In this document: piece by piece, positions 50,304 to 60,670 of the stretch
How positions within the stretch are numbered: the first letter of the stretch is position 1
Layout of the letters: the number at the start of each line of letters is the position of its first letter
Assembly: GCA_025201805.1 (NCBI GenBank)
Contig: MU619238.1
Coordinates: forward strand, 137,970 to 201,969
Reading direction: 5' to 3'
DNA from: Parasitella parasitica NRRL 2501
Lineage: Eukaryota > Fungi > Mucoromycota
Length of the DNA: 64,000 nt
The notes under the pieces: model-generated
What the model was told of the DNA's origin: nothing
Database searches by the model: none
Seen by the model: the letters and a program-made list of their open reading frames with translations, nothing else
Position numbers and translations under genes: made by a program

Positions 50304-50413
50304 GACAAAGTGACATATGCCAAACGTAAGGGTGGGGTCAGCTAGTATATAATAAGCGGGTCGAATTCTGTTTCAAATGTTCACTCTTTTATTTTATCAA
50401 ATTTCAAATAACA

Positions 50414-51379
50414 ATGCTTTTAACAATTCATCAATTCCTAAAGACGGCTGCCTCTCCGTTGGTCCTGTCCCGTACTCTGTTCCCTGCTGCGTCTATTTCA
50501 GCTGCTCGCAGATCAATCAGTAGCTCAACCCCACAAAATCAAGTAACCGTCAAGGAAAAAATGTCCGATGTAATCAACTCTATGCCGAAAGATGTGTTTC
50601 GTGAAGTTATTGAATCAAGGCCTGTCCCAATGCGTGAAGAATTCCTGGATGGCCAGAAACTGACAACCGAAAACCTGGAAAAAATCGATTTCGGCAGAGG
50701 CAAACACTTTGTGCCTCGTACTATGGGTGATAAGGCTGCTCTCCGTCTTGTCAAGTTCTTGCGTACGTTGCCAGATACGTACTTTGGAAACAACCACTAT
50801 ATGCGCTCTGTGATGCTCGAAACAATAGCAGCTGTGCCTGGCATGGTTGGTGCTATGTTGAGACACATGAAGTCGCTTCGTAGCTTGAAGGCTGACAACG
50901 GCTGGATATCGCATTTACTTCATGAAGCTGAAAATGAGCGTTTCCACTTGTTTCTCTGGTTAGAGTGTCTCAAGCCATCTGCTTTCCAACGTTTCATGAT
51001 CTTGGGTGCTCAAGGTGTTTTCTTCAATGCCTATTTTACACTGTATCTCTTCAGTCCAAAGACTGCGCATCGTATGTGCGGATATCTTGAAGAGGAAGCT
51101 GTCATTTCATACACACATTTCCTCGACGATATCGACGCAGGTAAACTTCCTAATGGTCCTGCCCCTCAAGTTGCGATTGATTATTACAACTTGCATCCCA
51201 CTGCCACCGTCAGAGATGCCGTCCTTGCTGTCAGAGCCGACGAAGCTGTTCATCGTGATGCCAATCACTTTTTATCTGATCGTATTTCTCTGAAAAAGGA
51301 AGATCTTCTTTCAGAAGTCAAAGAAGAGCGTGATAAGCACATCGCTCACCGCGGAACTGGTGCCTCCTCGTTCGTTTAG
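50414..51379 (+). CDS. AOX: Alternative oxidase, mitochondrial, intronless
   Basis: Arg/Ser-rich presequence. LETIAAVPGMV, EAENERFHL, GYLEEEAV and VRADEAVHRDANH diiron motifs. Confidence 0.96.
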   Translation: MLLTIHQFLKTAASPLVLSRTLFPAASISAARRSISSSTPQNQVTVKEKMSDVINSMPKDVFREVIESRPVPMREEFLDGQKLTTENLEKIDFGRGKHFVPRTMGDKAALRLVKFLRTLPDTYFGNNHYMRSVMLETIAAVPGMVGAMLRHMKSLRSLKADNGWISHLLHEAENERFHLFLWLECLKPSAFQRFMILGAQGVFFNAYFTLYLFSPKTAHRMCGYLEEEAVISYTHFLDDIDAGKLPNGPAPQVAIDYYNLHPTATVRDAVLAVRADEAVHRDANHFLSDRISLKKEDLLSEVKEERDKHIAHRGTGASSFV

Positions 51380-51974
51380 CCCTATCGTTTTTTTTTATCC
51401 TGTAAATCCGTTTTAACCTCGTGTCCATAGATTATCTGTAATAAAGTATTTGTATTCATCTAATAACTTGAATTTTATCGTATTTCAAAGTCTAGCGGTT
51501 GAACTTGACTCAATGATTTGATCTTTTTTTTTTTATGTAGTACCAACCCAAGTTCTAAAAGGAACCGTAACTGCGTGGGAAAACACCTAACCTTTTTATT
51601 GAATTTCATTAGATCAAAAAAGTCCTGTTTTTGATCCTTTGAGCTATAACGTATAAACAACACAAGTTCTGCAATCATTCACAGTGATAAATCCATAATG
51701 TGCATCATATACGCTATTATTAATACCATAATTGTGCTAAAATAATAGCAACTAACTTCAAATTTTAAAAATGTACAGTGTATAGAACTACTATTGTGAC
51801 ATGCAGCATTGAGTTGGCTCAAGCCCACTTTGTTGTGTACGGCACCGTATAGCTTCCCAATGCTTGTGAGTTTTAGGTTACTCAAGCAGCATAAAAGCTA
51901 TTTTGGAAACACAGCCCCTTTTTCAGCTGTGTCTCTTTCTTTTCCTTTCACCTCTTGTAAAATATACGACATAT

Positions 51975-53912
51975 ATGACAAAAGATAAATCAAACGCTAT
52001 TTTCCCCTCGGAAATACTTTGTAAAATTTTTGAGCAGCTCCCTGCAAAATCACTATTTGCTTGTTTATGCGTTTGCAAATTGTGGCTGCACTCAGCAGGT
52101 CAGATATACTACAGACGAATCACAATTGACAATGAAAGGCAAAGTGGAGACATTGAAAAGCTGGCACAATATATTGTAAATAACCATAGTCTAGCGATAG
52201 GCTCCAAGATAAAATGTATCCAAATTTCAGGACAACCAGAAATAAGACGACGTACTGTTCATCCAGGAGATTCACCAGCGCCATCATCTGCTTTGAATCT
52301 GCAGATTTTACTGCAGCTCTGTCCTAATTTGCAAGAACTAGCATTTAGTTTTGGGTCGATTTATTGGAAGCATATCAATGGAATGGACTCTTCTTTCTTT
52401 GACATGGTTCGACCTAGAAGAGTATATATGCTTGGCTGTCAACGGCTTTCTGAAGAAAAATATTTTTATAATGTTGCATACCAGTTTAGGTCATCCCTAT
52501 GCGAGTTAGAAATATATTGTTCTTGTGATTCATTTATTCCAAACAATTTGTGCTCTTACTTGCAAAGCTTCCCACTTTTACACAGCTTGACAATCAAGAG
52601 AGGCAGTCGGCGAAGCATGGTGTATTTTCAAAAATTACTAGATGTGTGCAAGCAACTGAAATACCTCAATTTTCAACTCGACCACCCCTTTTTCGAGCAT
52701 GAACGCGATCGCCATCAACCTTGGCTGGAATATCCTTCGATGCATGAACTCGACATATATCTACCCAGCTTTGAGCCATACCAGGTGCAGTACCTCATTC
52801 AAAGATTTACAAACCTCAAAAAGTTTTCGTTGCGGATTAATCAAAATGATGAACGGCTAAAGACACATGATTTAGAGTCCAACAAGCAGTATTTCAAACA
52901 TGATTTCATTCACTTTGTTTCAAAGCTTGACTCACTGAGCCTTGATTTTAATATCAAAAGACGTTCGTATCTCGAAGACCTCATAGAATCTTACTACTTG
53001 CCATTGATCAGTAAAGCCGGCACAGACGCCGTAGTGGATAGCACGTTTGAGATATGCCATGGCCACTCAGAAGAGGCGCAAATTAGAATAACTAAAGAAA
53101 AGGAAAAACATGCCATCCAATATAGGGTTGTCAGGAACTTCTCGGCACTGGATCAAGAGCAGCAGCAAGTCGAAGCAGCTCAAATTCTACCTTATATACC
53201 ACATTTGCACTTGTGTGGCCACCACTTGCAAAGCCTTAGCATCACAATCATTCCACGCACAAGGCATTACGAGGCCATAGACATCGATTCCGTGGTTCGC
53301 CTATGCCGTAATCTCCAAAGGCTAACCATTGCCACAGAGTTCACATCCATTGACGATTTGCCACCCGATCATCAGCATCCAGCATCGCATCACTGGGTAA
53401 ACAGCCCAAAAAGTGCACCCAAACCCAAACTTTTCGCTCTGACCATCAGAGGAATGGCCATTTCTTCTGATCTTGTACGTGCAATCGCAACACAGTACCC
53501 GAATTTGAAGGAGTTTGCGCTTTTGAGCTGCTTTTCGGAAGCTACCGACACGTCAGATGCACTCGATAATAGCAAACTGTCGCTTTTTATGTACGACTTG
53601 TCCAATCTGCACCTTGGCTTGCTAGGATTCGACGTTTTTTGGCACCGCCGCTCCAAGGACTCGATCGTCCCACTGGTCTGCGTTGTAGTTGAAAACCAAG
53701 ACAAAGTCTGCAGTTATTATGTGGCCAAACAGAAAAGAGATGCAATCACTGGTGATTTGTTTCAGGGCATCACAAGCACCCAGTATGAGCTAGTAGTCGA
53801 CAGTGCTGAATTTCCAGTGACAGTTGTATGGTTTAAAGTAAAGCTGGTGGATAAACTGGTGCTATTAGCTGACAGAAATCAATCAGCCGCGCAAAGTTTT
53901 ATACTTGGATAG
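51975..53912 (+). CDS. F-box protein with LRR-like body, intronless
   Basis: First ATG at 51975. FPSEILCKIFEQL...LFACLCVCKLW F-box and repeated CPNLQEL/FPLLHSL/YPNLKEF LRR-like units. Confidence 0.85.
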   Translation: MTKDKSNAIFPSEILCKIFEQLPAKSLFACLCVCKLWLHSAGQIYYRRITIDNERQSGDIEKLAQYIVNNHSLAIGSKIKCIQISGQPEIRRRTVHPGDSPAPSSALNLQILLQLCPNLQELAFSFGSIYWKHINGMDSSFFDMVRPRRVYMLGCQRLSEEKYFYNVAYQFRSSLCELEIYCSCDSFIPNNLCSYLQSFPLLHSLTIKRGSRRSMVYFQKLLDVCKQLKYLNFQLDHPFFEHERDRHQPWLEYPSMHELDIYLPSFEPYQVQYLIQRFTNLKKFSLRINQNDERLKTHDLESNKQYFKHDFIHFVSKLDSLSLDFNIKRRSYLEDLIESYYLPLISKAGTDAVVDSTFEICHGHSEEAQIRITKEKEKHAIQYRVVRNFSALDQEQQQVEAAQILPYIPHLHLCGHHLQSLSITIIPRTRHYEAIDIDSVVRLCRNLQRLTIATEFTSIDDLPPDHQHPASHHWVNSPKSAPKPKLFALTIRGMAISSDLVRAIATQYPNLKEFALLSCFSEATDTSDALDNSKLSLFMYDLSNLHLGLLGFDVFWHRRSKDSIVPLVCVVVENQDKVCSYYVAKQKRDAITGDLFQGITSTQYELVVDSAEFPVTVVWFKVKLVDKLVLLADRNQSAAQSFILG

Positions 53913-54237
53913 CCGGTATAAATTGGTCAACAGTGATAGTATAGTGACCAATGCATGTTGAATGAAATTCTAATCGTACTGTTATTTGGAAAATCACAAA
54001 TGTCGTATGAATAAAAATTTATTCACAAGAAAGCATGCTCGTTAATGAGAAGATTGTCTTGTGATAGATGTCGAGAAACGCTTGATACCCAATGGATGAC
54101 CTGTACACTATATCAGTAGAGCAGCACAGTAGTACCGTAGTAGCATCCAGACTACTGACTTGGCCTTGAGAACCCTGGGTTTCAATGTTACCACCTATTT
54201 CAAAAAAATTTGCCAATATACACATAGTAAACTTTTC

Positions 54238-54272
<35 letters not shown>

Positions 54273-54391
54273 NNNNNNNNNNTTTTTTTATCTGTTTCAA
54301 CATACAACAAGGCGTTTGCATTCTTTGAAACGCTCTGAACACATAAACTAGCTCATTTTTGCGATATAATACCAACTAAATTATATAGAAA

Positions 54392-56377
54392 ATGTCTTAT
54401 GGATGGAACAGAGACTCGAATGGTAGGTTGTTTGCTTGTATTATTGTATTTTAGTCTCTCTGCTAGTGTACCAATACGATTTTTTTTTTTGCTGCTTTTG
54501 ATAGCTGCTCCACAGCAATCAGCAGCAGACCTCGCTAGCTCTTTTTTAAACTCTGTAGGCCAAGAACTGCATGGCTCTAATGAAAACCCTTATGGCGGCC
54601 ACGAAACTCAAGGTAAAATAACAAAAAAAAACTAAAATCAACCAACAAACCATCAGTGGTTTTCTGTAAGCAATTGTTGAGCCTTCTCTCTTGTTGATTA
54701 GGGCGTTTTGGTGAAGAGATGGGTTATCACGGAGGAAACGATGATTACCGCAACAGCAGTAGAAGAGACGGCGGTGGGGAAATGGATAGACCAAGTCGAG
54801 ATGGACGTCATAGTCGAGACCGTTACCATGATAGATCGCGCGACAATCGAGATAGCAGACGCAGAAGGTCGAGAGATAGACGTGAACGTTCTCCTCGCGA
54901 CCGTCATCATGGCAGAAGCAGCAGAGACGATAGAAATTACCGTAGCAACAGACGTAGACGAAGCCCCAGCCCTCGCCGTTCCAGCAGAAGACGCAGCCCA
55001 AGTTCTCGTCAACGTGATGATGAAAATGTCATTCCTTTGAGTAAAAGAGAAAAGAAACTTCACAATTGGGACATGGCTCCTGCTGGTATGGAAGGCATGT
55101 CTGCCGAGCAAGTAAAGTCTACGGGCCTCTTTCCCTTACCCGGCCAAGTCGTTGGTACCCGCACCCCTCAATCTTTCCAGCCTCCTCCTCCTGCCAACCA
55201 TATGATGCACGATGGATCTCGTATTCGCGTTACTCAGGGTGCTGCTGGACCTGTTGCCTTGAATGCCACGCTAGCCAGACAAGCCAAGAGGCTCTACGTT
55301 GGACAGATTCCATTTGGCATTGACGAAAAGGGCATGGCTGATTTCTTCAACGAAACAATGGAGAAGTTACAGTTGGCAGATACGACACCCGTCTTGGCCG
55401 TTCAGATCAACCACGATAAAAACTATGCCTTTGTTGAATTCCAAACATCTGAACAAGCGACCTCCGCCATGGCATTTGACGGCATCATGTTTCAAGCACA
55501 GCAACTCAAGATTCGTAGACCCAAAGATTACCAAGCTCCTGGCGATGGAGACTATATCGATATGCCGCAATTGCCAGGCTTAGTCTCTACCAATGTGCCT
55601 GACACTCCCAACAAAATATTCATTGGCGGCCTTCCTGTATATTTGAACGACGATCAAGTTGTGGAATTACTGACATCATTTGGTGAATTACGTGCCTTCA
55701 ATCTTGTCAAAGATCCAGTGACTGGAGCAAACAAGGGGTTCGCTTTCTGCGAATATGCGGATCCTAGTGTCACCGATCTGGCTTGTCAAGGTTTGAATAA
55801 TATGGAATTAGGGGATCGGAAGCTGGTTGTTCAACGTGCTAGTGTTGGCGCTAAGCATGGCCTACTTCCTACTGAATACGCTACAGGCCAGTTGCCTCTT
55901 ACTGTTGCAGATTATCTACCCATTTCTAGTGCAAAGGAAGAGGAAGCCACTCGTGTGCTGCAATTGATGAACATGGTTACACCCGATGAATTAACAGACG
56001 ATGAAGAATACCAAGGTTTGTTGTTGTTATATATACCAGACTGTGCAGACAAACCCATGGCTAAATTTATCATTACTAGACATTTGGGATGATATTGCTG
56101 AGGAATGCGCCAAGTTTGGTACGATTACCGACATGAAGATTCCTCGACCAAGCAAAAGCGCAAATGTCCCAGGATGTGGTTTAGTAAGTTTTTTTTTGTT
56201 ATGCTGGGAATAGAAGAGTGTTGCTTATGAGCTGTGTTTTTGTAGATCTTTGTTAGATACGAGGACCCTCAAGAGACACTAGCAGCTTTACGCTCACTTG
56301 CAGGTCGTAAATTTGCTGATAGGACTGTTGTTGCCACCTTTATTGATGAAGAAAACTATTTGAATGATAACTTTTAG
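54392..56377 (+). CDS. U2AF2: Splicing factor U2AF large subunit (U2AF65), 5 exons
   Basis: ATG at 54392 (MSYGWNRDSN), two short 5' exons, RS domain, ULM (HNWDMAP), RRM1 (RLYVGQ, KNYAFVEF), RRM2 (KIFIGGLP, KGFAFCEY), UHM (LAGRKFADRTV). Stop at 56375-56377. Confidence 0.95.
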
Positions 56378-56982
56378 CGAACAACCCTTTTTTTTTTTTT
56401 CAAAAAAATATATATATACAATATACACCTTCGCTAGCATTTTTATCTTTTGTTCTTTCGTATGTATAATGTGCTGATCTCAGCAAAAGGGATTTGCCAA
56501 ATGGCTTCTATTTATTTGTATCGATCTATCGAAATATAATACCTATTAGGATTTGCAGCATGCTTTCATTTTCAATTTAATTTGGGAGTATGTGATAGAG
56601 TTTCTGTCCTGTCCTGTCAAATCAGACAGCAGCATAACCTGATAAAGTTTCGTCCCCTTTTTTTTTTTTCTTTTTTTTTTTTTGAAATTCATCAACCCCG
56701 CAAGCAGACGGAGCATGTTCAATTGGTTGTAAAACTTTTTTTTCTCTTTAAAGTAGCCACAAAATATGTCCTTGGAAACTTTATCTTTGAATGCATGGAA
56801 ACCTCATCAATCACCCACGCTGATAAAGTATGGAAAGGCTGCATTTTGTCCCAGTGAATTGAGTGGCATCCTCATGAGTTTACGGACAAATGTGCCTGAT
56901 TTACAGCCAAAAACTTGGTAGGATTGGTAGGGATCCCTCTTGATTGTGACAAGCACAAAGTGTCCATTGCAATTTGAAAGAA

Positions 56983-57232
56983 NNNNNNNNNNNNNNNNNN
57001 NNNNNNNNNNNNNNNNNNNNNNNNNNNNNNNNNNNNNNNNNNNNNNNNNNNNNNNNNNNNNNNNNNNNNNNNNNNNNNNNNNNNNNNNNNNNNNNNNNNN
57101 NNNNNNNNNNNNNNNNNNNNNNNNNNNNNNNNNNNNNNNNNNNNNNNNNNNNNNNNNNNNNNNNNNNNNNNNNNNNNNNNNNNNNNNNNNNNNNNNNNNN
57201 NNNNNNNNNNNNNNNNNNNNNNNNNNNNNNNN
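56983..57232. other. Assembly gap (250 N); further gaps at 54273-54282 and 61029-61048
   Basis: Runs of N. Confidence 0.99.
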
Positions 57233-57235
57233 ATA

Positions 57236-59230
57236 CCTTGTCATATCACATCAAATCCTTATGCCTCGTCATTAGTCCGTCCTCTTGTCAGATCCCAGGA
57301 GATCCGTCCTCAATTGCTGAACTCTCTGAAAATCTCTCCTTACGCTTTCCTGCACACACAGTCCACTGCCCCTGCCACTGCTGTAGCTGAGCTTGTCAAG
57401 GAGCATGTAGTGGCAGACGAGGTCCACATTGAGCCTATTCCTGAAAAGAAGACCTTTGCTGCTCTCACAGCCATTCACCCCAATACGCAGAAGGCAATCC
57501 GCCAAGTGTTTAAATACAAAGAGATGTCCGCTGTTCAAGATGCTGTTCTCTCCAAACTACCCAACAAGAATGACATGTTTGTCAAAGCAAAGACTGGTAC
57601 CGGCAAAACCCTCGCTTTTTTGATTGCTGCGCTCGAAACAGCCATTGAGGGACAAAGCGTTAAAGATTTCAAACACTTTGAGGGTACCTCTATCATGGTC
57701 ATCTCTCCCACTCGAGAGCTCGCTAACCAAATTGCTGATGAAGCAGAGAAACTAGTAAGTGCGTATCCTTTCAAGGTTCACTGTATGGTCGGTGGCGACT
57801 CCAAGAGACGTCAAATCCTCAACTTGGAGCGCCGTCGTTGTGACATCGTAGTGGCTACTCCTGGCCGTTTGTACGATATGCTCACCACTGTCCCCAATTT
57901 CAAAAAAATGTGTCAAAATTTGAAGGTGCTTGTGTTGGATGAAGCTGATCAGCTGCTGGATATGGGCTTCAAGGCGGAATTGCAGCGTATTTTGAATCAA
58001 ATCCCTGAAAAGCGTCAAACCATGCTCTACTCTGCCACCATCTCCAAAGAAATCCGTGAAAATTTGGGCAAATTTGCTCTCTCTCCCGAATATGACTTGA
58101 TTGACACTGTGGGCAAGGACGATGTCAACACCAACATCCACGTCAAGCAGTCGGCTCTTGTTGCTCCCTACCAAAATCAATGTGCGTTGATCAAGGACTG
58201 TCTTGAAACTCATGAAGCTGCTCTGAAAGGCAAGGTCATTGTCTTTCTGCCTACTACCAAGGCTACCATGGTGTATGCAAACATCTTTCGAAATCTGTTG
58301 CCTGACCGCATGGTGTACGAAATCCACTCCAAGAAGGCTCAAGACCAGCGTTCCCGTATCGCTGATAGATTCCGTAGATCCAAAAATAGCAGTATCCTCT
58401 TTACATCAGATGTTTCTGCCCGTGGTGTAGATTATCCTGGTGTATCTCTTGTACTTCAGATCGGCGTGCCTTCTTCTCGTGAACAATACATTCATCGTCT
58501 TGGTCGTACCGGCCGCGCTGGTCGTGAAGGCGAAGGTATCATTTTGTTGGCGCCTTTTGAAAAGGCTTTCTTGGAAAAGGAAGTCTCTGATCTCCCTATT
58601 CAAAATATGGAGCCTCCTACCCTTAGTGAACAGGAATTCGCTGAAGCCAACAAGTTTGCTCACAAGTCTCTGAACAGCATGGATGAGGAAATGGTTAGAG
58701 AAATTTATACTGCCTATTTGGGTTATTACTCTGGAAGAATGCCCATGCTGGGTCAACGTCGCCTTACAGCGTTAACTGAAGCCAACAAATTTATGGAGGG
58801 CCTTGGTGTGACAGAACTCCCTCATCTGAGTCCTCGATTCTTGTCTCAACTTGGCTTAAATGGTAGTGACAAGAGTCGCGGCAATGATGGTGGCTTTAGC
58901 AGAGGCAGCCGTAACAACGATCGTGGATACAGCCGTCATCATGATCGTGCTTATGAGTCTAGAGGCAATGTCCGTAACAACAGAAGCTTTGATCGTGATA
59001 ATGATCGTAGCAGCTTCAACCGCCGTGATAGCTTCAGCAGCAAGAGACGCTTCGAAGATCGTGATAGTGGATACAAGAGCCGTGACAGTGATAGCTATAG
59101 CAGCCGTGGTGGCGGTTACAACCGTCGTGATAGCAGCAGCTTCAATAGTCGTGGTGGTGATGGATACAAAAGCCGCGATGATGGTTTCAGATCTCGCAGC
59201 AGTTCAAGATCCAGCCATCGTGAAGACTGA
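57236..59230 (+). CDS. MSS116: DEAD-box RNA helicase, Mss116/CYT-19-like (mitochondrial), 5' end unresolved
   Basis: AKTGTGKT, PTRELA, DEAD, SAT, ARGVD and HRLGRTGR motifs. Mss116-type C-terminal extension (Y.AYLGYY) and R/S/D/G tail. The frame is open back to the N-gap with presequence-like residues and no ATG before the helicase core. Confidence 0.85.
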   Translation, partial: PCHITSNPYASSLVRPLVRSQEIRPQLLNSLKISPYAFLHTQSTAPATAVAELVKEHVVADEVHIEPIPEKKTFAALTAIHPNTQKAIRQVFKYKEMSAVQDAVLSKLPNKNDMFVKAKTGTGKTLAFLIAALETAIEGQSVKDFKHFEGTSIMVISPTRELANQIADEAEKLVSAYPFKVHCMVGGDSKRRQILNLERRRCDIVVATPGRLYDMLTTVPNFKKMCQNLKVLVLDEADQLLDMGFKAELQRILNQIPEKRQTMLYSATISKEIRENLGKFALSPEYDLIDTVGKDDVNTNIHVKQSALVAPYQNQCALIKDCLETHEAALKGKVIVFLPTTKATMVYANIFRNLLPDRMVYEIHSKKAQDQRSRIADRFRRSKNSSILFTSDVSARGVDYPGVSLVLQIGVPSSREQYIHRLGRTGRAGREGEGIILLAPFEKAFLEKEVSDLPIQNMEPPTLSEQEFAEANKFAHKSLNSMDEEMVREIYTAYLGYYSGRMPMLGQRRLTALTEANKFMEGLGVTELPHLSPRFLSQLGLNGSDKSRGNDGGFSRGSRNNDRGYSRHHDRAYESRGNVRNNRSFDRDNDRSSFNRRDSFSSKRRFEDRDSGYKSRDSDSYSSRGGGYNRRDSSSFNSRGGDGYKSRDDGFRSRSSSRSSHRED

Positions 59231-59776
59231 GAAAATACCGTAAAACATTTTCTGCAATAACTACTACTACAACAAAAAACTTTTATATATCTTATTATAA
59301 ACTAGAAATCTGTAAATAACCTCAATCTTTTTCTCATTTCCTCTTTTATTATACTATCAATAAACTTTTTTTTTTTTTTTTCCCTCATCACTGGAGTCAT
59401 CAAGTGTGAATATGTACACTTGCACAGATAAAAATAAAATGAAACCAGAAGAGCAAGAGCAGGAGGTATGGGGTCTTAACTGAAAAAAGAAGACGAGATG
59501 CATGAAATCCTGATATGTTGTAGAAATGGTGCAAAAGAAAAAAGGTTTTGGCGGAAGGTTGTACCTCCCTTGAATGATTAGTTTTGCAAAAAGATACTGG
59601 AGAATGCAGACAACGGCTTTAAGCCGGCAGCGGTTTAGGTTATTTGCGCTTGACATTTATTATATTCTATATCCATAGCAGAGATTGAACGGAGGAGGGT
59701 AGACAGTGTTTGATATAGACAATGCATATCTCAAATAGGTTAATATTACTAGTATATTTGTAGAGAACAATTACTC

Positions 59777-60670
59777 TTAGTTTATTGTTTCGTATTTGAC
59801 ATTTTTATGAGTGAGATGGTGGTTTCTCAAGGTAATATAGTTTACTTTGATATGTTCCTTCAACTCTCGTAATGGGGTTACATCTCCGTTTTTGTGTGGA
59901 TCATGGTATATTGTCAACTCCTCAATCTTTGTAAAATAATCAACGATGAATTTTACCCAAGGTGGGGATAACTTTAACTTGAATCCCAACATCATATCCT
60001 CTCGCTTCATATCTCCCAATTTCAATTGTTTCAAGTTCTCAGCAACAATGGCGTCCACCTTCTCATTATCTTTACTGTGTGTAATATTGGACAAATGAAG
60101 TGTCTCCAATTTTTTTGCATTTTTTGTCAACAATGCTAAATCGGAAAGTGACATTTCCATATCTACTACTTTAAACTCCTTCAATATGGGGGCCTTGTCA
60201 AGATGCTTGATTAGAAGTTTGCCATTAGTATCCTTGTCATAGTAGTAATCGACGGACAGTTTAGTCAGATTCAAAAATCCATTATTTTCCAATATCTTTT
60301 CTGAGATACCATAGGAATCTTCCTCTTCGAAAATGGCAACATTTTCCCAAAGTTTGGCTTTTTCTTCATCAACATTGAGCTCTTTAATATTAGTACCATG
60401 AGAATCGATCCATTTGAATTCTCTTAAAGCAGGAAATCGTTCGGGCAATGCCAATATGTACTCAGCAGTAGCCTGGGTGTTGAGCAGACATAAAATTTTC
60501 ACTTGTTCGTGTGTGGATCCTACTGGAAAGATTTTGTCAAAAGCACTAAGCCCGTCTTTTTCAACGACCATGAACTTGTTGAAGCCATCAACCTTGGCAT
60601 CAGACTCGTACTCGTATTGGATAGTTTTAGTTTGAGGGTCAGAACTCAAGATATCTTTTGCGCTTGGCAT
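59777..60670 (-). CDS. Hypothetical LRR-like protein, intronless
   Basis: ATG at 60670 (MPSAKDIL) with TATATAAAA about 75 nt upstream. About 297 aa with LRR-like units (FPALREF, FLNLTKLSV, APILKEF, KKLETLHL). No F-box visible. Confidence 0.65.
   Translation of the reverse strand: MPSAKDILSSDPQTKTIQYEYESDAKVDGFNKFMVVEKDGLSAFDKIFPVGSTHEQVKILCLLNTQATAEYILALPERFPALREFKWIDSHGTNIKELNVDEEKAKLWENVAIFEEEDSYGISEKILENNGFLNLTKLSVDYYYDKDTNGKLLIKHLDKAPILKEFKVVDMEMSLSDLALLTKNAKKLETLHLSNITHSKDNEKVDAIVAENLKQLKLGDMKREDMMLGFKLKLSPPWVKFIVDYFTKIEELTIYHDPHKNGDVTPLRELKEHIKVNYITLRNHHLTHKNVKYETIN

Noticed and set aside
54546-55111. Overlapping ORFs around the U2AF RS domain
   Set aside because: Low-complexity frame and antisense artefacts.
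56807-57390. ORFs spanning the N-run
   Set aside because: Artefacts of translating the assembly gap.
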